DNA of 64,000 nt from Geosiphon pyriformis uo1 (taxonomy: Eukaryota; Fungi; Glomeromycota). A program made the translations under genes and the position numbers. The stretch lies in the NCBI GenBank assembly GCA_016748015.1, contig JAAOMT010000699.1, positions 248,001 to 312,000 of the forward strand. The letters are read 5' to 3'. Positions 39,163 to 49,999 of this stretch are shown here, in pieces. Below the pieces are notes generated by a model. The model did not search any database. It worked only from the letters and a program-made list of their open reading frames with translations, and was not told the origin of the DNA. Every line of letters begins with the position of its first letter. The first letter of the stretch is position 1.

Positions 39163-40712
39163 ATGACCACTATTTTTAATTTTTACTCCTGCATGGAGAA
39201 CATTCGAGCTCTAGTCAGAAATTATTTCAAAAGAAATATACCTTGGTTAATTTATTTGATTCTTTTAATTATTTTTGTAATTCAGTATGAAACTTTTTTT
39301 AAAGAGTTATCACTTGAAGAGAAACAAAATATATTGCTTGATGAGAAAATTTTCGAAACGTTTGGATTTGGACAAAATGGTTCTAAACCTATAGTCTATG
39401 GTCAATACAGAATCCTAAAACCAACATTGGAAATTAAACCATGCAAATTGTTTTGTGACATTAATAAAATATCTGATATTGAAAGTAAAAATGACACCAC
39501 TTCAAGGCTTAGATTTCAAACATATAAAAATGAAAAAATCAAATTAAGATTAAAGACGAGATCAATACCTAAAGTAATAGCTGCGGGTGAGCCGAAGAAA
39601 ATATTGATACCTTACGATCATGAAATCAGGAATTTAATCAACCGTTTTTCTGAATATGCAAAGTATGCATCATGTCTCAATGTTAAGAACTCAAATGTAT
39701 ATAAATTGAGTGATTCTTTTTATGGTAGGTGATTTCTTCACCTTTTTATCATTAATTTTAACGCTAATCTAATATTAATAAAATTTTTAGCAAAGATTAT
39801 TGACGATAGTCTTGAAAAGTATTTTGTCGTCTTAATTCGAGGCAGAGAATCATTGTTGTTTAACATTTCCAATATCGATTGGCAATCATCGATGGTCCCA
39901 TTTCGTAAAATACCCGGAGCAATGGTAAACAAGGTTTTTTATGAAGAATTTCAAAAAGGTTGGAGTGTTTTGAGACGAAAAATGACACAAAAAAGGATCG
40001 GCAGCCCATATCTACATCGATTGAGATTTGTGGGACATGGTGTTGGTGGCGGTACGAAATTAATCCAAATTATTTTTCGGATTGAGATTTAGAAATTTAC
40101 GAAAAATATACATCATTTTTTCCAGTGTTTTCATTATTGGCAGCGATCGATTTTCAAACATGGAATAGGCCAATAATGTTTCCAGTTCAACTCGACATTC
40201 AAGTGTTCACCTTTGGTCAACCGCGTATTGGCAACCGCCAATTTTCTACATTTGTCAATCATCATCTTAATGAACGCGTATTTCGTGTAACGAATAGGAA
40301 CGATGCCATTCCAAAATTTCCTATATATTCAGACGAAATTTTGTATATACATCATGCAACCGAGTATTGGATTTCTTCCGATACTAATGAGAATGATTGT
40401 GATTGTATTCATCAAAACAATTGGACAAGAGACAAAAGATCGTTGGATAAATTGTATAAATGTTTGGGAGAGGAAACTGTAGGCAGATATTTGGCTGAAG
40501 CAAAGGAAAGTTCAAAAATTGGTTCATTTTTCTTGTTACAAAATTTTGAGGTTAAAAATTTCTCTTTAAAATAAAAATCTAGATTAACGCATTCTTATTT
40601 TGACCTTTAGTCTTGTAATGCAGCTACCAAAAGTATTTATTCGAATGAAGATGTGTTTACTCATAGGGGCCCTTATCTTGGCTATTTAATGGGACATTGC
40701 CCACAATTATGA
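39163..40712 (+). CDS. Lipase_3-fold paralogue L4, Ser-to-Gly elbow, N-terminal membrane anchor (4 exons)
   Basis: IPWLIYLILLIIFVIQY; YAKYASCL..DSFY|A; VLIRGR; FVGHGVGG|VFSLLAAI (Gly GGT 40039-41); TFGQPRIGN; RVTNRNDAIPKFP; HHATEYWI; CDC; THRGPYLG; last donor probably 40551. Confidence 0.85.
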
Positions 40713-41352
40713 TTAAAAAATCAAAGATTTGAATTCTTTTAATATCTGCATTTCATTCTTTTTCATCAATAAAAGTTACAAAATTTCGAATGCAGCTATG
40801 AGATGCACCAAAAAATTTCTTGAAAAATAAAATTTTCATTTTGAATATAAGATATAAATCTCTTGTTTTATATATTTGTTCAAAAATTGTCAATTTTCTT
40901 TGGAAGAAATTCTTTTTTCGAGGTATTTTGGAGACTTTTCGTTAATGGTTAAAAATTAATTGTGTTAAAAGTAGTATTGAAATATTTTATAAATATTTTA
41001 TATAGTATATTTAATGAGTAATATTCTACTGTCAATATTCCTTCTTTAGACATGAATCCTCCCCTTCAGATAAAAGCTGAACAAAGTCCAATATGGCATG
41101 ATAAAAAATTTTATAATTATGAGCTAAAAGAATACAGCAAAGTTAATCGATTTAGCATATTTTGATATTAGAATACATATAAGGACCAAAAGTTGTTGAA
41201 ACTTTATATTTCTGGAGGCAAGCAAATATAAAAATAACGTATCCATGTGCATATTTTCAGTCACAATAAGGAAATGTTTTGATCATCAATAAATTATCAT
41301 ACATCTGTCCTAGTTTAAAAATTTTTTTCAAATGGAACATATCTGAATCACA

Positions 41353-42771
41353 ATGATTTCAAAAATTTTTACCCACTCTATTTTAAGGCGAATTTTCTAT
41401 TTCGGTTTTTCGTGTCTTTTGCTTTTCAAGATTCTCCCCGGAATATTACAGATACCTGATTCTCATTTGAAAGAAAAATCAACCAATGTCCTTAATAGAT
41501 ATTCTATAGGAACAAAATTTAAAAAGGAACTCACTAATAAACGTTTAAATTCGAGTAAAATTATTAGAAAAGTGTCGTTCAACACTCAAGTAAATTTATC
41601 TCATGAAAGCGATTATGATTATTATGGCTATTGGAACCGATCGAAATCATTTGAAAAACGTCATATAACCAACACATCATCTAAAAAAGGTTTACTCCGA
41701 TCGGACAATCTGTTTATGGAAAAATTGAAAAAATTCACTCTTTTCGCTAGTGAAGCATCTTGTTTAAATCCGGTCAACGATCAAAACGTTATAAAATTGA
41801 CTGATGAATTTTATGGTATTAGCATCTTACATTATATACATTATATTACTTTATGATTAATTCCCCAAAATTTCTTTTTTTTTAAATCTCAATCGTCTAT
41901 CTTAGCGAAAATAACAAGCATACGTAAAAACCAATTTTTCTTGATCCAGATTCGTGCCAAAGAGTTAGATTTTGACGTTACCTTGAAGAAGCGACTCCAA
42001 ACACGATACAAAAGTACAAATGATCTGATGATCGATAAAAATTTTTCCCTTAAATTTCAACTTGGATGGACAGAGTTAAGGCGTCATATTGGTCATAGAC
42101 GAAAAGGAATTCCGCCAGCATATAATTTGAGTTTTGTTGGACATGGGCTTGGTGGTGGTACATAAATATTTATATTTTGATCGAATTTCTTGACAAGACT
42201 CATCTAATTGACATTAATTTTTAGTGTTTGCTGTACTTGGAGCTTTCGAATTATTGACAGTAAAAGCGCCTGAATTATCTCAGATTGAAGTTTACACATA
42301 TGGTCAACCTCGATTCGGAAACTATCAATTCGCTCATAAGATAAATTCCTTTAAGAATCTAAAAATATATAGAGTGACATATTATAATGATTTTATACCC
42401 AAGTATCCAATGAGTTATCAGAAAGTACAATATTTACACCATGGACAGGAGCTTTGGATATCGCCAAAAGATTGTGGCTGCGCTACTTCCGATAATAATA
42501 ATGGGGATGATTTCAACATTTATTTATGCACAGGCCCCAAAACCACAAGCGGGATAAATTTGGAAAGTCAAGTAAGTTGTTATAGAATCAAAATTTTGTT
42601 TTTAATCTGAACAATCATTTAACAATTATTAACCATTTTTTAAATATTTAGGAATGCAATGGTGGAACCGAGGCTGCATCGGATGAAGAAGCTTTCGCAT
42701 CACATCTTGGTCCTTATATGGGACAAATGATGTCACAATGTCCTCCTATGGTAACAATCAATCATTCTTAA
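41353..42771 (+). CDS. Lipase_3-fold paralogue L5, Ser-to-Gly elbow, N-terminal membrane anchor (4 exons)
   Basis: RRIFYFGFSCLLLFKILPGIL; FASEASCL..DEFY|A; FVGHGLGG|VFAVLGA (Gly GGG 42145-47); TYGQPRFGN; RVTYYNDFIPKYP; HHGQELWI; CGC; SHLGPYMG; stop 42769-71. Confidence 0.9.
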
Positions 42772-43179
42772 ATGGCCATTTTTTAGTGTCAAAAATAGGT
42801 GCATTAAAATTAAATTTAATCCCGATAATTAAATTTTTCGAGAAAATATTAATTTAGATATATTGTCTATTGCCTTTTTTTAATAAATTTTTTTATGAAT
42901 ATTCTAATTATTTAACTAAATCTAAGGCTTCGCTATTTTTATATGAAAAGGTTCAAAAATTGAAGTAATTAAAATTTAATTTTGGCCATGCCTTCAGTGA
43001 AAAAGTATTTCAGCGTGGATTTAATTTGAAGCAAATTAAAATAAAATTATCAAATCCCAATAAAATTGTTTTTCAATTTAAAATTATGATTTTAATTAAA
43101 AATAAACACTCCTTTAAAATTTATGGACATAAAAATATTTCCGAATTAATACTGACCATAAAATTTTTTTATTCATGCT

Positions 43180-43412
43180 GATCAAATTAATATATTTCGA
43201 TAGCAAGGGCAGAGGGTTTTCGTTTTACACGGTGAAAAAGTATATTAAGCATACTCAATATTGTCTAAATTTTAATATTTAAATCCGAACTTGCGTAAAA
43301 AAGATCTCAAAGATATTTGATCAGTGGTTTAAAAATAAAAGTTATTATTACTTGGACTTAAGCCAATATTAGCAATTCTTAAAGTTATTACCGAACTATT
43401 ATCATTTAAAAA
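43180..43412. repeat. Dispersed ~250-bp repeat, copy B
   Basis: Colinear with 25011-25268. Confidence 0.8.
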
Positions 43413-43433
43413 TACTCATATTCATTACAATAG

Positions 43434-45350
43434 TTTATTATACATTAGGTTTCTTAAATATTTTATATCGATCATTTCAAATTTCTGAATTAAATTTCAA
43501 TAGGCTTAAACAATAAACAGTAAATAACAAGAGTTTATCAAAATTGGCAACGGGCGAACAATTTTGCCATTGTAAAAATCCTTCTCTGATAACTTTGTTA
43601 TATACTGATAAAGTTATATTCCTATATAGACTAGATGGATATAGAAAAGATAATTGACAAATATGGCTACCCCCTCCCGCTCTTCATTCTTGTAAGAAAT
43701 CTTACTCTACCCCCCTCCCACTCTTTATTCTTGTAAGAAATTTTAAACTACCCTCTTCCCACTCTTCATTCTTGCAAGGCATAATAACAGACTAACAATT
43801 ATCAATTCCTCACCACCTAACCCTAGAATTTAATTCAGTTATTTGATGATCGATTGTTCATGATTTCCTATTCTGTATTCATTGTTATTCGAATGTTGAA
43901 TTGCGAATTACTGGTGAGCGTGGTTATTCGAGTGTTGAGTTGCGAATTATTGGTGGGTGATGGTTATTCGAATGTTGAATTCGCGCATTACTGGTGGGTG
44001 TGGTTATTCGAATGTTGAATTTGCGAATTATTGGTAGATGTGATTATATTCGAAGGTTGAATTCGTGAATTGTTGGTGGGTGATGGTTATTCGAATGTTG
44101 AATACACGCATTACTGGTGGGCGTGGTTATTCGAATGTTGAATCGCGAATTATTGGTGGATGGTGGTTATATTCGAAGGTTGAGTTGCGAATTATTAGTG
44201 AGTGGTGGTTATATTCGAATGTTGAATCGCGAATTATTGGTGGGTAATGGTTATCCATCAATTGTTAGTGTCAAACTAGAGTCAAGCTCAATAGGGTCTT
44301 CTTTTCCTGCTGGTTTTGCCAAGCCCGTTCCATTGGCTGTGGTTTCACTAGATAGTAGATAAGAATAGTTTAACCCATTATGCACATCAATAACCATAAG
44401 TGGAAACAGACATTTAGCTGGAACGCGGCAAGCACAGAGGTTAAATAACAATTCATGTCATTGACCATAAGTGGAAGCAGACATTCGGAAGAATGGGTAC
44501 ATGCACAGAGGTATAACAATTCATGTTATAGACCGTAAGTGAAAACAGACATTCGGCAGAATGGGTGCATGCACAGTGGTTAGAGAACACCACATTTGGC
44601 GATATAAAGGAGTTGGAAACCCCGTGCTTGGTTGAGTTTCTTCGGTTAAGGTTGGGGTTCTTTCCAGTAAAGGATGCCCCCCTCCCTCACCCAACACTTA
44701 GAGCTAGAAGAGATACGTCAACACCCTTACCTGGATTGTTTCATCAACTAGAGGCTTTTAATCTTCGAGACCTGCTGCAGTTATCAGTACGACTGGGGAC
44801 AAGAATGAATCTCTCTTAGATTTTTTTAGTGTTCTTTGGATTCGTGAGTCGTCAGTGGTGAGTGGTGAGTTGTTAGTCGTACTGGTTATAGCTGTTGGGT
44901 TTGTGAGTTGGTGGACGCCGGTAATTCGTCGCCAATAAAGATAAGAGTAATCTTATATAGGATAAAATTTTGCCTAAAGGCAGAGAACACCTCTTTATAT
45001 ATGTTACTGCCTCTAAGTTGTTGATTTTGAGATCAAAAATTACGCGTTTGTTTTTCACGCGAAAACAAGAATACAAGAATACAAGGGTGGGTTTAACTAA
45101 TATGTAGTGATTAAAAACAAAGCGTCACTTTTTGAAACATTGGTACTTTCTGGAAATTTTTTATATTATTACGCGGATCCTCATGACTAATGTAATATTA
45201 AGCAGATCCTCATGACTCATTTTTTTTGACCCTGTTATCCTAAAATGACTAAATACAATCAGAATGGGAAATCAAATTCACATCCCCTTTAAAACCGTGG
45301 GACCCATATCTCTTATGCAAAAATTAATACATTAGACTGAATAATGTAAA
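43434..45350. mobile_element. Unclassified repeat/TE segment, GC-retaining copy
   Basis: Colinear with 13631-15980; internal minisatellite and short internal repeats; no recognisable transposase or RT. Confidence 0.7.
43884..44252 (+). repeat. Minisatellite, 9 units of ~39-43 bp
   Basis: Consensus GTTATTCGAATGTTGAAT(T)CGCGAATTATTGGTGGGTG(A)TG, head-to-tail, no unique spacers. Confidence 0.9.
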
Positions 45351-46001
45351 TGGACACAGCATAAAGAACATGGTGTTTATATTTCATAGCCGAGTCCAAT
45401 AGATGTTTCCCCCTTCCTTTTTTGATCGTCCATGGAAACAGACCTTTATTGCGTTTGCGAATACCCCAGTTTTTTAAAGCATCCTAAATTCTTTAATTAG
45501 CTTATCTATCAAATATCTAGGCTATCCATTTTTTGAGTTATTTGCGTCATTTAGTTATTCATTTATTTGCTTAATAAAATTGAAAGAAGCTCTTATTTGA
45601 ATAATAAAGAAAAATTTAATTATTATCATACTTTTGTATAGAAAATCTATTTCTGAACATACAATAGATTGTAATCTTACATTCCAATGTAAATCTGCAA
45701 TGACTAAAACACATCATAAGAAACAAGTCAAATTATAAAAATTAAAATATCAAAAAGATTCTTTTTCCTGAAAAAACGTTTTCACACAATTCCGACAAGG
45801 ACCTAATGGAAAATATTTTAAACAAGAAAATATCGTTCCATATGATTCCAAAGTTGACACAGCTGGAATTGCGATATTACCGTGGCCCGATTGAGAATCT
45901 TTGAAAGTTATGATTGTTGTCGTACTTCACATCACTATTTAATCATCCAGAACTTAAATGGTATTTAAAAAAGCCCGGAATGATCTTTCTGAATACATTT
46001 A

Positions 46002-47618
46002 GGGTATTGCTAAATCGACCCACCCGCAACACGTGATATTAATATATATAATTTTAATATTTATTTAGGGAATTGCTAAATCGACCCACCCGCAACACGT
46101 GATATCATTTACGTCATAGTTTCGTATTCAAATATATATAGGAACATATTAACGAATATTATGGTTAATTATAAAACACTATAAATTACTTAAGGCATAA
46201 TAAAAAATTAAATATATAATCTATATTCAATTTTATATAAGAAAAAGTTATTTTTTATTTTAATTAAACTAATATTTATTAGAATTACTAATAAATAAAT
46301 ATTAAAATTAATATCACGTGTTGCGGGTGGGTCGATTTAGCAATTCCCTTTATTTATTAGTAATTCGAATAAATATATAAAATTGAATATAGATTATATA
46401 TTTAATTTTTTATTATGCCTTAAGTAATTTATAGTGTTTTATAATTAAAAAACACTTAGTTGTGGACAGGTCCGAATATTATAGCCTTGTTTTTTACAAA
46501 TTTTACATTTACGTATTTGAATTTGAGAAGAAACATTTTCAACAATTTCAAATTGGGATAAATTTCGTTGAATAGATGATTCTTGATGAGCAATATTTTG
46601 TTGAGAGCGATTTAAAGCACCTAAAGGACGTTCTCGAGTTCGTTAATTAAAAGGATTCTCAATTGCAAGAGATGTGTTTGAAATCTGAATAAATTGAGTG
46701 CGCATTGCTTCTTGTTGATGTGGAGCCAAAAGTTGATATGTTCAATTTACTTCTTCAAGCAATGGATCCAAACTTGGAATAACTGTTGGAATATTAGCTT
46801 CAGGATTAATCATTGTAAAAATATGATTTGTATTTACTAGATGCCAAATAAAATGAAACTGATTCATAGAGAACTCCCCAGTAACAAGCATATTTCGAAT
46901 TTGATGTTCACATGGAAGGCCCATTGTTGTTGAAAAAACACCAGAGCAAGATGTTATATTATTATCCAATGGTTTTCGTGCAAGAAGATACTGTCCATAG
47001 ACTGCTTTTAAGGCAAAAATTAAGACTTGTCGTACAATATTTTGAAAGAAAGGGATGTTGTGATCATGACAAATTCGAATACGCTCAATACTTTGTTGTG
47101 TTTCAACTTCTTTAGTCGTATTTTCAAAGACATGTAGTCGTCGAACAGCAGGATGTCCAGCAATATTATCAGATGGCTCATGATTATGTTCAGCATTGCG
47201 AACTGTTAAATGCCAGCACTCATCAGCTTTGAGTAATCGTCCATATACAGTAAAAGGGCAGTTTGTTAATTGAGTTGCTGTTTTTCATTGTCGATCTTCT
47301 AATACAAGTCTTTTAGAAGCATTATATTCATTTTCCCGATCATATTTGAAGGTAATACGAGTACCATTAGCAGCAGAGCGTCGTTTTGAAACTACATATC
47401 CTTGGGAGTATGTAAAGGTGTTAAGACTTTGTATCATCATCTCATAAGAGCTATATGATGTTTCTGGAGGTGGTAACATTATATGAACATAATCTGTAAT
47501 TTTATAAAAAGGTAAAATCAAAAGAAAACTTATTAAGTTTATTCTAGAGCTCTTTAATTATAAACTCGTTAATATGTTCCTATATATAGTTGAATACGAA
47601 ACTATAACGTAAATGATA
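46002..47618 (-). mobile_element. Mutator/MULE-like (FAR1-type) transposon, internally deleted
   Basis: FAR1-like GYVVSKRRS..TNCPFTVYG..WHLTVRNAEHNHEP; SWIM-like CSGVFSTTMGLPCEH; C-terminal CKICKKQGYNIRTCP; no DDE core; TIR GGGTATTGCTAAATCGACCCACCCGCAACACGTGATAT at 46002; the other TIR is truncated. Confidence 0.85.
46068..46348. mobile_element. MITE (281 bp) derived from the flanking MULE, nested in its terminus
   Basis: Perfect ~38-bp TIR GGGAATTGCTAAATCGACCCACCCGCAACACGTGATAT; 8-bp TSD TTTATTTA (46060-67, 46349-56). Confidence 0.9.
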
Positions 47619-48558
47619 CCAAATACCTTGATTAATTTATGAACAAATAAAAAACGTGATTTAAAATAAATCTGCATATTTTCTATAAATACTTTTAAAA
47701 AAATATTTAAAAATTGTATATCAAAGACCAAATTTTCAAATAATATTGATTTTGATTTATTAATTAATCAAAAATTAATCTTTGATTTAATTTAAATTTG
47801 GAACTGATAAGTAAAAACATATATGAAGGATTAAAACAATAAAATAAGTTAGATAATAAAAAAAGAAAAAAAGAGCTTTGAATTAAATATTGTAAATTAT
47901 TCAATAAAAGAAATCAATTTCAATCAACAAAAAAAATCAAATTATAAATAGTTTTTATTAATTTTAAGTTGATTATATTTAATAAATAAAATTTGGAATA
48001 ATAAGAAAGAGATTTAGAAATTTTATACTATATCAATTATATTTTTCTATTTTTAAAATAAGATATTACCCTTTATAATTAATACATAGTAGCTGAATAG
48101 AAAAATTAACTATAACACTATTATTGTTAGAAAATCTAAGGAGTTTGGTAAAAATTTGATTTTTCAATAAAACGTAAAATTTTCTATGCTGCAAGATCAT
48201 TTCAACAAAAAATAGTTAGCAACTTTCACATTCAAAGAATTATTTTTTTTCCATATAATTTTCAAGTGATAACATGCTCTTGATCGAAAGTAAAGTATTG
48301 CATTGTTTATTTTTAAAAGAATAATAAACATAATCCTAAAATTAAGAAACTTGATTAATTTCGACAAAGAGATTTTTTTATAAAACAAAATCTTTAAAAA
48401 AAATAAGCATTTTATAAGGGCCTTGCTCGGGTTTTTTTATTTCTTAAATATTTCTTGCATTTTAGCGAGGAATTTAATTTAATTTTTTTTTCCAGATGGA
48501 AACTGCTTTTTCACATCCAATCTAAAGCCTTAAACCTTACATCTCTCATACAATCCCT

Positions 48559-48652
48559 CTTTGAGGCAATAAATATCAATAAATTTCAGAGAAGATAGAA
48601 ATCAACTTTGAGGCAATAAATATCAATAAATTTCAGAGAAGATAGAAATCAA
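48559..48652 (+). repeat. Perfect ~47-bp tandem duplication
   Basis: ctttgaggcaataaatatcaataaatttcagagaagatagaaatcaa twice. Confidence 0.9.
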
Positions 48653-49034
48653 ATTTCTGCAATTTCTAACAGGAGAATCAGGGTGATACCTGTTTATGAA
48701 AGAATATAAATAGCTTTCCTTTTGTTCTGCGTGAATAAAGTTATGCACACGAAAAAAATCTACCAAATAAGAAATTGCAGACTTCTTCGGCTGAAAAACT
48801 GGTTTATAAGTAATAGTTTGTTTCTATTTTAATAAAAAGATTTGTGCATCGAATCATTAACTAGTTGCAATTGAGCTATTGTGCAGGAATCTTAACATTT
48901 CGGCAATTAAACATGGATGATCTTAATAATGATGGTAACATCAAATACTTTTTAACAGATAAATACTCACCCCAGCAAAACTTTTTCAGCTTGAAAACTC
49001 TCCCCAAAGTAAGAACTTCACTTAAAATCAAAAA

Positions 49035-49999
49035 ATGGGAAACTATACCTTCCTTAAGATATTTAATGTTATGGCTTATTTCTTGTTTCTTGGTTTCCAT
49101 CTTAAATTCTGGACAAATGATGGAAGTATAGAGAAAGTAAGTTGAGTAGATGTAATAGTTTTATCCTTTGAGCTTAAAATATTAATTTGAAAATTTTTTC
49201 AATAAATCTATTAATTTAAAAAATTTTGCGATTAATTATCAATCAACAACCTTTAATATCATTTTAATCCCCTAATCCCTGACGATTTTCACAGGATAAC
49301 ATTCCAACAAAAAATTCTTATATAACATATATTACGCCGGCAGACTTTACACTCTACATAACGTCGGGCCTAATAAATGTACTCTTCCTCGGTTTTATAA
49401 TTTATCAATTCTTCGACTCAGCAAATGAAGTGGTGATCGATGGAATACAATGGGATTTCATAATCATCGCTAGCCTGACTTCAACATTTCTCTCATTGTG
49501 GGATCTAGAATACATTTTCTGTACATTTGTTGTATCAGCTGTTCTCGGAATTCAAGTTTCTTATCTGTACTACAGAATTCGCCAACAATTTCCAGCAAAA
49601 AATTGGGCTGATGTTTTATATATTCATGCTCCATTGTCAATTTATCATGCTTGGATAGTAGTGATTACATTGACAGTATTATTTGCTGCAGTGTTTCCTA
49701 ACCCTAAAGAAGGACATGAACCTGAGATATTAATTAGGATTGCGGTTGGATTGGCTTATATATGTTTGGAGTTGACTGCCATTTTTTATGTTGAGGCTGT
49801 TGGAAAAGAAGATATTCTTGGTGCTTTGGTAATTTCTTGGTCATTTCTTGGAATTTGTTTTAGGGTTGAGGATCTTGGATTTTCCATTGCAGCATTGGGG
49901 TTGGGGATATTTACTGGGATATATGCTGTTTCACCTTTGATTCGTCAGTGTTGTCGGGAGAATAGAAATTATGGTGAAAGTGTTTCATTATTAGCTTAA
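49035..49999 (+). CDS. Multi-pass membrane protein, TspO/tryptophan-rich sensory or DUF1774-like (2 exons)
   Basis: Exon 1 MGNYTFLKIFNVMAYFLFLG..EK|gtaag; exon 2 TYITPADFT, IIYQFF, YIHAPLSIYHAW; about 7-8 hydrophobic segments. Confidence 0.7.

Noticed and set aside
43884-44252. CRISPR-like array
   Set aside because: Units are head-to-tail degenerate copies with no unique spacers, there are no cas genes, and the context is eukaryotic; it is a minisatellite
44065-45076. Short ORFs within the unclassified repeat
   Set aside because: Products of the minisatellite and higher GC; unit lengths do not keep a frame
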